NCBI GenBank assembly: GCA_046728135.1
Contig: JBKPDZ010000036.1
Span: forward strand, 1-61,263
Length of the DNA: 61,263 bases
Direction: 5' to 3'
DNA from: Gemmatimonadota bacterium
Lineage (GTDB): Bacteria; Gemmatimonadota; Gemmatimonadetes; Gemmatimonadales; GWC2-71-9
The notes beneath the pieces are model-generated. The model ran no database searches and was not told the origin of the DNA. It worked only from the letters and a program-made list of their open reading frames with translations. Numbering within the stretch: position 1 is the first letter of the stretch; each line of letters begins with the position of its first letter. Both the position numbers and the translations under genes were made by a program. Below are positions 1-8,951 of the stretch, in pieces.

Positions 1-1172
1 CGAGTGAACAAGGCCGCGCCGAGCTCACTGGCTACCTGCGCCTCGAACGACTCACCAAACCCATGCTCGCGCTCAACATCACGACGTCAAATTTCAAGGC
101 GCTGGATCTGCGCGGCTATTTGACGGTTACCGCGAGCGGCCGCTTAGCGCTGACGGGCCCGGTGTTCGGCGCGACCCTGACCGGTCGCGGGACCGTGACG
201 TCCGGCGTGCTCCACTTCGCGGATCTCGTCAACAAGCGAGTGGTGAACCTCGACGAGCCGTGGGTGCAGGATCTGATCGACACCTCGCTCATCCGCCGGC
301 AACGGCTCGGCCCGGAGTTCCAGAGCGTGTTCTTCGACAGCCTGCGGATCAGCAACCTGCAATTGACGATGGGTCAAGACGCGTGGCTCAGGTCCAACGA
401 AGCGAACATTCAGCTCACGGGATCGGTGCAGGTCAACAAAGTGCGGAACAACTACGTCCTGAGCGGGACGCTGCAGGCGCCCCGTGGGACGTACCGGCTG
501 CAGGTTGGTCCCGTGACGCGCGAGTTCGTCGTTTCGGAGGGAACCGTGCGCTATCTCGGCACGCCGGATCTGAATGCCGAGCTCGACATCTCCGCGCGCC
601 ACGTCGTGCATCCCTTAGTGGTTACCGGGAACAACCAGGACGTCATCGTCATCGCGCACATTCAGGGAACATTGCTCGTGCCGAAGCTGACGCTGGAGTC
701 GGATCAGGGCGATATGTCGCAGACGGAGCTCATCTCGTACTTGATGTTCAACAAGCCGAGCTTCCAGCTGGGGAGCGGCGAGACAGCGCTCGTGGGCAAC
801 GTGTTCGCATCGGCGTTCGCGGGTGAGCTGGAGCGGACCTTCGTTTCCGACCTGGGGGTGCCGCTCGACTATTTCGAGATCCGTCCGGGTGATCCCAACA
901 ACCCCTTCTCCGGCGCCCAGGTCGCTGCGGGATGGGCGATCGGTGGCAAGACGTTCCTGGTGCTGAACGCCGGTTTTTGCTCGCCGAACCAGAGCAACCC
1001 AAACGCGCGGCTGGCGAACACGCTCGGGGCGAGCCTGCAGTTCCGGTTCAGCCCGGAGTGGCGCACTGAAGCGAGCGTCGAGCCGGTGCGGAGCTGCGGG
1101 CTGGCGAGCACGACGCAGCCGCCCGTGTCGCGCCAGGTGGGGTTCGATCTGTTTTGGGAGCGGCGCTACTAG
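1..1172 (+). CDS. TamB-like translocation/assembly module protein, C-terminal part (5' end lies outside the window)
   Basis: Frame 3 is open from nt 3 to the TAG at 1170-1172. The beta-rich C-terminus (…LISYLMFNKPSFQLG…FDLFWERRY) resembles the TamB/DUF490 C-terminal domain. The stop abuts the GTG of the next gene. Confidence 0.7.
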   Translation, partial: SEQGRAELTGYLRLERLTKPMLALNITTSNFKALDLRGYLTVTASGRLALTGPVFGATLTGRGTVTSGVLHFADLVNKRVVNLDEPWVQDLIDTSLIRRQRLGPEFQSVFFDSLRISNLQLTMGQDAWLRSNEANIQLTGSVQVNKVRNNYVLSGTLQAPRGTYRLQVGPVTREFVVSEGTVRYLGTPDLNAELDISARHVVHPLVVTGNNQDVIVIAHIQGTLLVPKLTLESDQGDMSQTELISYLMFNKPSFQLGSGETALVGNVFASAFAGELERTFVSDLGVPLDYFEIRPGDPNNPFSGAQVAAGWAIGGKTFLVLNAGFCSPNQSNPNARLANTLGASLQFRFSPEWRTEASVEPVRSCGLASTTQPPVSRQVGFDLFWERRY

Positions 1173-2088
1173 GTGACACGCGCGCTGCTGATCACCAATC
1201 CGTTCGCCGCGCGCGCCGACGCGCGCGCCGTGACTGCGATTCTGAAGATCCTGGGCCGCGGCGGCTGGAACGTGGATCTGCGCACGATCACCGGCCCAGG
1301 GGATGCGCGGCGCATCGCCGAAGAGTCGCTCGGCGAGGGATTCGAGGTGCTCGTCAGCCACGGCGGCGACGGCACCGCGATGCAAGTGGCGGCCGGCATC
1401 GCCGGATCCGGGATCGCCCTGGGCGTCGTGCCAGGGGGGACCGGAAACGTGCTGGCGGGAAACCTCCGGCTGCCGCGTACGACGACGGGAGCAGCACGCG
1501 CCTTGTTGCACGCGCGGGCGCACGCGATCGATCTCGGCGTGGTGCAACGGTCCGACGGCGCGCATTACTTCGCCGTCGTCGCCGGGACGGGATTCGATGC
1601 GCAGCTGATGGCCGGGACCGGTCTCCAGGAGAAGCGACGCTGGAAGATTGGAGCCTACCTCGCGCGCGCGGCGCTGACGCTGCCCTCGGTGCGGAGCGCG
1701 GGGCATCGCATCACGGTGGACGACAAGACGGAGGACGTCCGCGCCGCCATGGTACTCGTGCTCAATTGCGGCCAGCTCCCACCCGGGTTCCTCAAGCTGC
1801 GCGCCGATCTGTCACCCGATGACGGGTGGCTCGATGTGATGGCGCTGGATGCCGATGGCGCCTTTCAGAGCGCGACCGCAGTCATGGAATTGATCCTGGG
1901 TCGCGGCCGCAACGGCAAGGGGCGGCGGATATGGTGGGCGCGGGGACGGACAGTGCGCGTCGAAGTGGCGGACGCCGCCCCGCGACCCGTGCAGCTCGAC
2001 GGCGATGTGACCGGCGAGACGCCCTTTGAAGCGCAGTTGTTACCCGGCGCGCTGTCGGTTTTGGTTGGACCCGCCTTCCAGGCGCATC

Positions 2089-2096
<8 letters not shown>
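1173..2096 (+). CDS. Diacylglycerol/lipid kinase family protein (YegS/DagK-like)
   Basis: GTG start at 1173 directly after the upstream stop. Contains the motifs VSHGGDGT and GVVPGGTGNVLA typical of the DAG-kinase catalytic domain. 307 aa. Confidence 0.85.
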
Positions 2097-3432
<1,336 letters not shown>

Positions 3433-3449
3433 GCTGCTATCTTCAAGCG

Positions 3450-3632
3450 ATGGAAAAACCCAAGCTCAAAGAACATGATGGAATGGTGTGCCGCGCCTGC
3501 GGGAATGAAGAGCGGGCCTCGGAAGGCTATCCGTGCGCGGACTGCGGGACGTTCATTTGCCTGATCTGCACCTTCCGCGGCGTCATGCGCTGCAAGACCT
3601 GCGAGCAGAAGGCGCAGGCCGACAAAGCCTAA
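3450..3632 (+). CDS. Small cysteine-rich zinc-ribbon protein (four CxxC motifs), unknown function
   Basis: 60-aa ORF MEKPKLKEHDGMVCRACG…CADCG…CLIC…CKTCEQ with GC-rich third codon positions. Lies 18 nt downstream of the sigma-54 activator. Its stop overlaps the convergent REC gene stop. Confidence 0.55.
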   Translation: MEKPKLKEHDGMVCRACGNEERASEGYPCADCGTFICLICTFRGVMRCKTCEQKAQADKA

Positions 3633-4249
3633 CCGCCCCCCCGGCGCCGCTGCAACTCGGCGACCAGCTCCTCCCGCGGCGCCCCGAGCTCCTCAGCGAG
3701 CCTGCTCAGCGCCGCGTCCGTTCCCTCCCAGTCCCGCGCCGCCGCCAGCGCGTCCAGCGCGACTTCTTCGATCGCGGCCGACCGTTCTTCGAGATCGCGT
3801 GTGCGCACGGCCACCTCCCGCGCCAGCCACTGCTCCAGCTCGCGCCGGTCGACTTCGAGCTGCCGCTGTCGCAACGCGTGTTGCAACGACAGCTCCAGCT
3901 CATCGAGGTCCACCGGCTTGATGAGGTAGTCGTAGGCGCCGAGCTTCAGGCATTCGATTGCCGTGCGCGGCTCGTCGATCGCCGTGAGCATCACCACCGC
4001 CAAGTCCGGATCCTGGGCCAGTACTTTCGGCAACAGCTCCACGCCGCTGGTCTCGGGCATCCGGATGTCGCACAGCATCGCCTGGGGGCGATGCGCCGCA
4101 AGCTGTTGCAGGGCCTCGGTCGCATTGGATGCCGCCTGGACGTGATAACCCAGCCGGCTGAGAAAGCGCGTCAGCGCCTGCCGGATGCCGTCCTCATCGT
4201 CCACCACGAGCACCGTCGTGCGGTCGACCGGAGTCTTTGGAGGAGTCAT
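3629..4249 (-). CDS. Response regulator receiver protein with C-terminal coiled-coil region
   Basis: REC signature TTVLVVDDEDGIR…MLCDIRMPETSG…DYLIKP. I prefer the ATG at 4249 (MTPPK…). The ORF track starts at TTG 4258. Confidence 0.85.
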   Translation of the reverse strand: MTPPKTPVDRTTVLVVDDEDGIRQALTRFLSRLGYHVQAASNATEALQQLAAHRPQAMLCDIRMPETSGVELLPKVLAQDPDLAVVMLTAIDEPRTAIECLKLGAYDYLIKPVDLDELELSLQHALRQRQLEVDRRELEQWLAREVAVRTRDLEERSAAIEEVALDALAAARDWEGTDAALSRLAEELGAPREELVAELQRRRGGG

Positions 4250-4285
4250 GGCTGTCAACGTTGGTGAGGTTATCTTGGCGCGTCA

Positions 4286-5203
4286 ATGAGTCCCGCGCGC
4301 ACGAATCTCGCTGCCGTCCCCGGCATTACCGTCGGTCATACGACGATCGAGGATCACGGCACGGGCTGCACGGTCGTGCTCGGTCCAGAGACCGGGTTCA
4401 GAGCCGCGGTCTGCGTGCGTGGCCGTGCCACCGGCACGCGCGAGCTCGACGTGATGGATCCCGGGCACCTCGTCGATCGCATCGACGCGATTCTGTTTAC
4501 TGGTGGCTCGGCACTCGGGCTCGGTGCGGCCGACGGCGTCATGCGCTGGTTGCGCGAGCGCGGTCGCGGCTTGCCCGTCGGCGATAAGGGAACCATCCCG
4601 ATCGTTCCCTCCGCGGTGATTTTCGATCTGGGCAATGCGGGGAAACCGCTCGGGTGGCCAAGCCCCGACGACGCCTATCGCGCATGCGCCAATGCCACCG
4701 CCGATTACGCGGAGGGGCGCATCGGAGTGGGCCGCGGGGCGACGTGCGGCAAGGCCGCCGGGCTCGAGAAGATGGTCCCGGCCGGACTCGGCTCCTGGGC
4801 GGCACGCTTCGGCGACGTCATCGTGTCGGCGCTGGTGGTCGTGAACGCGATCGGCGACGTGCGCGACGGGCGGGGCGAGATCATCGGCGGCTCCGTCGAC
4901 AGCGTCCGCTATCTCGCCGAAGGTGGCGCACCGCTGGGCGACCCCGAGCGCCTGAATCGCAACACGACACTCGCGGTGATCGCGACGAATGCCGACCTCG
5001 ATCGTGTGCAGCTGCAAGCGCTCGCGCAGACGGGCAGCGATGCGCTCGCCCGGCGCATTATGCCGTACGGCACATTGTTCGACGGCGACGTGATCTTCGC
5101 CGTCACCACCGCCACCAGCAAGCCGAAGTCACCGCTGCAGGTTGAGGCGATCGCGTCGCTCGTGGTCCCTGAAGCGGTCGAGCGCGCGGTGCGCCATGGA
5201 TAA
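4286..5203 (+). CDS. P1/S58 family peptidase (DmpA/L-aminopeptidase-like)
   Basis: N-terminal ITVGHTTIEDHGTGCTVVL and later LFTGGSALGL are typical of the DmpA/S58 Ntn-hydrolase family. 305 aa. Confidence 0.85.
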   Translation: MSPARTNLAAVPGITVGHTTIEDHGTGCTVVLGPETGFRAAVCVRGRATGTRELDVMDPGHLVDRIDAILFTGGSALGLGAADGVMRWLRERGRGLPVGDKGTIPIVPSAVIFDLGNAGKPLGWPSPDDAYRACANATADYAEGRIGVGRGATCGKAAGLEKMVPAGLGSWAARFGDVIVSALVVVNAIGDVRDGRGEIIGGSVDSVRYLAEGGAPLGDPERLNRNTTLAVIATNADLDRVQLQALAQTGSDALARRIMPYGTLFDGDVIFAVTTATSKPKSPLQVEAIASLVVPEAVERAVRHG

Positions 5204-6182
5204 AATCGAAAGGGCGGTCGACGACATTCGCCGCAAATGGGCGCCCGACGGCCGGCTGCAAGTGTTCGAGATCTCGTTGCTACCGAAGGGCGTCGCCGGC
5301 GTGACCTCGAGCCGCGACGCGCGCGACGCGCTCCGCCGGCTCGCCCTGGAGGCGGAGCTCGTCGAGAAGGTGGAGCTGATTCCGGACGGTGTCGTCACAC
5401 CGGCGGCGATCGTGACTGCGGCACTGGCCCCGCTCTTGGGCGAGCCGCGCGTCTCCGCGTCGCGCGTGAGTGAGGCACTGCATGGCGAAGGGTTGGACGT
5501 GCTCGAGCAGCGTGAGGAATGGCTGCGCGTGCGCGCGCCGGACGGCTATATCGCATGGCTGAACGCGGGATATGTCGCGACGGGGCCGACCGATTGGGCG
5601 GAAGATTGGACAGCGCGCGCCACCGCCCGCGCGCTGAGCGCGGATATCGTGACCGCAGATGGCCGCCGCCGACTCCCGACGGGTGCTCGCGTCGCGCTGC
5701 GCCGCGGCGTCGTAGAGCTGGCGGATGGACAGCGCGGCGCCGTGGCGGGAGGGTACGTGCGCCGCGATCAGGAGCTGCGCGTCGAAGCACGACATCTCGC
5801 GCTGCCTGAGCTGGCGCAAAAGTGGTACGGCGGCGCGCCCTATCTCTGGGGCGGGCGTACGGAATGGGGCATCGATTGCTCCGGGCTCGTACAGGCGGTC
5901 TACGGCGCCCGCGGGAGAAAGCTGCCGCGTGACAGCGATCAGCAATTCGGGCAAGGCAAAGAGATCGCCATATCGCCCGATGGCACCGGCTACGAGGCCG
6001 GCGATCTGCTGTTCTTTGCGGAACGGGGCCGAGTGTCGCACGTGGCGTTATGGGCCGGCGCGGGCCGTATCGTGCACGCAGCGCTGTCGCGGGGTGGTGT
6101 GGGGGGGGATCACCTGTTTGGACCGGAGCCTCGAATGGTGAGGTTGCGAGAGAGCCTGGTTGGGGTTCGCAGATTGGGATAG
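5196..6182 (+). CDS. NlpC/P60 (C40) cell-wall peptidase with N-terminal SH3-like region
   Basis: ATG at 5196 overlaps the upstream stop (ATGGATAA). The C-terminus YLWGGRTEWGIDCSGLVQAVY…HVALW is the C40 catalytic Cys/His core. Confidence 0.8.
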   Translation: MDKIERAVDDIRRKWAPDGRLQVFEISLLPKGVAGVTSSRDARDALRRLALEAELVEKVELIPDGVVTPAAIVTAALAPLLGEPRVSASRVSEALHGEGLDVLEQREEWLRVRAPDGYIAWLNAGYVATGPTDWAEDWTARATARALSADIVTADGRRRLPTGARVALRRGVVELADGQRGAVAGGYVRRDQELRVEARHLALPELAQKWYGGAPYLWGGRTEWGIDCSGLVQAVYGARGRKLPRDSDQQFGQGKEIAISPDGTGYEAGDLLFFAERGRVSHVALWAGAGRIVHAALSRGGVGGDHLFGPEPRMVRLRESLVGVRRLG

Positions 6183-6240
6183 GTGTCTGGTGTCAGGTGC
6201 CTGGTCAGGTGCGACACCTGACACCCGACACCAGACACCT
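6181..6240. repeat. Word-built hairpin: about 5 x WGGTGYC followed by 4 x ACACCNG
   Basis: The sequence reads AGGTGTC TGGTGTC AGGTGCC TGGTC AGGTGCG | ACACCTG ACACCCG ACACCAG ACACCT. The outer 14 nt (6181-6194 and 6227-6240) are perfectly complementary. It fills the gap between the NlpC/P60 stop and the HAD start. Confidence 0.85.
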
Positions 6241-6252
6241 GATATTCCACGT

Positions 6253-6954
6253 ATGCGGCTGATCCTATTTGACATTGACGGAACTTTGTTATGGACCGAT
6301 GGGGCAGGCAGACGCGCCATCCATCGTGCCTTGCTCGACGAAATGGGCACGGCGGGGCCGATCGAAGGCTATCGCTTCGACGGGAAGACCGATCCGCAGA
6401 TCGTGCGCGAATTGCTCACGCTGGCCGGGCATCCGGAGTCCGATTCCGACGATCGCATCGCCGCCGTGTGCCGCCGCTACGTCGACCTGCTCACCGCCGA
6501 GCTCGCCAAGCCGACGCAGTCCACAAGGCTCTACCCCGGCATCACGGATCTGCTCGCCGCGCTCGAGCCCTACGAATCGGGCGGCCGCGCGCTTGTCGGC
6601 CTGCTCACCGGCAACGTGCAAGATGGCGCGGCCCTGAAGCTGCGCTCCTCAGGTCTCGATCCCGCGCGCTTCACCGTCGGTGCGTTTGGCTCCGACTCAC
6701 ACCGGCGCGCTGATCTTCCGGCGGTCGCCGCCAAACGAGCCGCGGAGCGCACCGGCCGCCCGTTCACCGGCGCCGACATCGTCATCATCGGCGATACGCC
6801 GGACGACGTCGCCTGCGCGCGCCCTATGGGCGCGCGGACCCTCGCCGTGGCGACCGGCTTTTACGACACCGCGACGCTCCGCGCGGCCGGCGCTACCCAC
6901 GTGTTCGAAAACCTCGGCGACACGCAGGCTGTGCTCGCCGCCCTGTTTGCGTGA
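6253..6954 (+). CDS. HAD-superfamily hydrolase (phosphoglycolate phosphatase-like)
   Basis: ATG at 6253 gives MRLILFDIDGTLL (DxDGT motif I). Later motifs are LLTGN and IIGDTPDDV. The upstream part of the track ORF lies in the hairpin. Confidence 0.85.
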   Translation: MRLILFDIDGTLLWTDGAGRRAIHRALLDEMGTAGPIEGYRFDGKTDPQIVRELLTLAGHPESDSDDRIAAVCRRYVDLLTAELAKPTQSTRLYPGITDLLAALEPYESGGRALVGLLTGNVQDGAALKLRSSGLDPARFTVGAFGSDSHRRADLPAVAAKRAAERTGRPFTGADIVIIGDTPDDVACARPMGARTLAVATGFYDTATLRAAGATHVFENLGDTQAVLAALFA

Positions 6955-7520
6955 CCCCTTCCCACTCCGGCGACGAGCTCGAGCTGAAGGCCCGCGTCGA
7001 CGATCCCGCCGCACTCGAAGCGGCGATTCTCGCAGCCGGCGCCGAGCTCGTCTTCCGCGGAGACATGATCGATCGGCGCTACGACCGCCGCGGGAAACTG
7101 GACAAGCGCGATGAAGTGCTGCGGCTGCGGGTCTACAAGCCCGACAACGGCTCGCCCTTCGGGGTTCTGGGATGGAAAGGGCCGGTCAGTGTGCGCGATG
7201 GCTACAAACATCGCGAGGAGCACGAGGCGCAGGTCGCGCAACCCGAGGCCGCCCGTCTCATCCTCGAGCGACTGCGGTACGAAGTCGTGTTGCGCATCGA
7301 CCGCAAGATCGCGGAGTATCGCCTCGGCGGCGCGGCGATCCGCATCGAGTGGTATCCGGCGATGGACGTGCTGGTCGAGATCGAAGGTCAGCCGGAGGCG
7401 ATCGAAAACGCGGTGCGGGCTACCGGACTCGCGCGCGACCGGTTCCTCCCCGAGGCCTTGACGCACTTCGTCGACGCCTACGAGCAGCGGACCGGCCGGA
7501 CCGCACGTCTGGCGCTATGA
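6951..7520 (+). CDS. CYTH domain protein (class IV adenylate cyclase/triphosphatase-like)
   Basis: GTG start overlaps the HAD stop (GTGA). Begins ELELKARVDD… and contains LRLRVY and EIE, the pattern typical of CYTH/CyaB-like proteins. Confidence 0.75.
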   Translation: MTPSHSGDELELKARVDDPAALEAAILAAGAELVFRGDMIDRRYDRRGKLDKRDEVLRLRVYKPDNGSPFGVLGWKGPVSVRDGYKHREEHEAQVAQPEAARLILERLRYEVVLRIDRKIAEYRLGGAAIRIEWYPAMDVLVEIEGQPEAIENAVRATGLARDRFLPEALTHFVDAYEQRTGRTARLAL

Positions 7521-8257
7521 AACTGCTGATGCCGCTGCGTGTGCCCGAGCTTGCCCCGTCGCTCGGGCGCATCATCGTCCCGCGCCGGCTGTTCGACCCC
7601 TGGGTTCCGCTCGACGACATCCGCGAAGAGTTGGCCACGCGCGTGCTCGAGCTGGGGGGAGATGGACGCGCAGCGGCAGCACGCGAAGCAGGGGGGGAGG
7701 GTGAGGATCGCGCGCGCATTCTCGAAGTGACCGGGCGCCGCGCCTGGGCGGCGGCGTGGGAGCATGCCGTGCGCCACGCAGGCGCTCGCGTCGCCGATGC
7801 GCTCGATGCCGAAATCACGCGTGCGGCGAGGCAAGTGCGGTTGCCGCGGCGCCGCCTGCGCCGGCGGCTGCTCAGCAACGCGGAGAAGCGCGCGATCGTT
7901 GCGCGGCTCGGGACTGGCGGCGGCGCGTTCGTCGCCGCGCTCGACGCGCTGGAAACGGCGGCCGGCGGAGTGGCCGACGCCTCAGTCCTCGAGAAGGAAT
8001 CGCACGCCGAGTGGCAGGAAGCGCTGCGGACGGTCGCGCGCCGGCTGGAAGCCGCCTGGCTCGCGCTCGAGTTCGAGGTGGACGAGGAGCGTGCCCGCTG
8101 GACGCCCGAGATCGACGCGGTGACGGCGTGGCGCCCCCCGCTCTGGCCGATCTTCGTGGTGTGGACGCCGCTCTCCATCGTCCTCATCTGGGTTGGCTTG
8201 ATCCTCGGCGGCTATCTGCCCGCTCCCGCATGGCTCGCGGCGCAACTGGGCTTCTAG
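7517..8257 (+). CDS. Hypothetical protein with C-terminal transmembrane segment
   Basis: ATG at 7517 overlaps the upstream stop (ATGA). Ala/Arg-rich helical protein ending in the hydrophobic stretch PLWPIFVVWTPLSIVLIWVGLILGG. I recognise no family. Confidence 0.55.
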   Translation: MKLLMPLRVPELAPSLGRIIVPRRLFDPWVPLDDIREELATRVLELGGDGRAAAAREAGGEGEDRARILEVTGRRAWAAAWEHAVRHAGARVADALDAEITRAARQVRLPRRRLRRRLLSNAEKRAIVARLGTGGGAFVAALDALETAAGGVADASVLEKESHAEWQEALRTVARRLEAAWLALEFEVDEERARWTPEIDAVTAWRPPLWPIFVVWTPLSIVLIWVGLILGGYLPAPAWLAAQLGF

Positions 8258-8568
8258 CCCTGCTCCTCTGCGGCGCTCCAGCTCTGGGGGCATTCGCGCA
8301 GGGGGCAGAGGTTTCTGAGAATCCCGTGCGCGGCGATCAGGTCGTGATCTCTTGGCCGCCCAGTACGGGCGGCGCTCGCGTCTCCGTGTTCACCTTCACC
8401 GGCGAGCAGCTCTTTAGCACCACGGTGGCGGCGTCAAGTAATGAATATGTTTGGGACCTCGGACTCGGAGGAACACGGCGGGTGGTGAACGGCGCGTACA
8501 TCATCGTCGTGGACACGGGCGGCCACCGCTACCGGCGGCGTCTGTTCATCGCCCGCCCGGCACCGTGA
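8230..8568 (+). CDS. Small secreted protein made of a signal peptide plus an FlgD-Ig/T9SS-type C-terminal sorting-like domain
   Basis: ATG at 8230 gives MARGATGLLALLLCGAPALGAFAQG. This is followed by NPVRGDQVVISW…VSVFTFTGEQL…YVWDL…NGAYIIVV…RRRLFIARP, which resembles the T9SS CTD/FlgD Ig-like fold. Confidence 0.6.
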   Translation: MARGATGLLALLLCGAPALGAFAQGAEVSENPVRGDQVVISWPPSTGGARVSVFTFTGEQLFSTTVAASSNEYVWDLGLGGTRRVVNGAYIIVVDTGGHRYRRRLFIARPAP

Positions 8569-8951
8569 GCGCCGTCGGTGTCGGCGTGGATCTCGTCGAG
8601 GTCTCGCGCGCACGTGCGATGCTCGCCGACAAGGGCGCGCACGTTTTCGATCGGCTGCTCACGCCGGCCGAAGCGGAGTACTGTCGCTCGCGCCCCGACC
8701 CCGCCGAGCATGTTGCTGTGCGGCTCGCCGCCAAGGAAGCCGTCTATAAGGCGCTGCAGGGCAGTGAGGCGGCGCGCGGAATCGGCTGGCGCGATATCGA
8801 GGTGACGCGGGCACCGGACGGCCGTCCGGACGTGGAATTGACCGGACTTGCCGCCAATCGGGCCCGGGAGCTGCGGGTGAAGCGGGTGCTGCTGTCCCTC
8901 TCCCATACCCACGAGGCGGCGATCGCAATCGCAGTACTGTCAAGAGATTGA
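8565..8951 (+). CDS. acpS: Holo-[acyl-carrier-protein] synthase
   Basis: GTG start overlaps the upstream stop. VGVDLVEVSR…, AAKEAVYKAL and SLSHTHEAAIA match the AcpS 4'-phosphopantetheinyl transferase pattern. About 128 aa. Confidence 0.85.
   Translation: MSAVGVGVDLVEVSRARAMLADKGAHVFDRLLTPAEAEYCRSRPDPAEHVAVRLAAKEAVYKALQGSEAARGIGWRDIEVTRAPDGRPDVELTGLAANRARELRVKRVLLSLSHTHEAAIAIAVLSRD

Noticed and set aside
615-1706. A 363-aa ORF on the minus strand, antisense to the TamB-like and lipid kinase genes
   Set aside because: The product is Arg/Pro/Gly-rich and low in complexity with no recognisable motifs. It fully overlaps two well-supported genes. This is a typical shadow ORF of high-GC DNA.
6181-6240. 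The word hairpins (also 21490-21567 and 45909-45972) as canonical Rho-independent terminators
   Set aside because: None is followed by a T-rich tract. All sit a few nt from the next start codon inside apparent operons. A role in termination cannot be excluded, but they do not fit the classical model, so I do not call them terminators.
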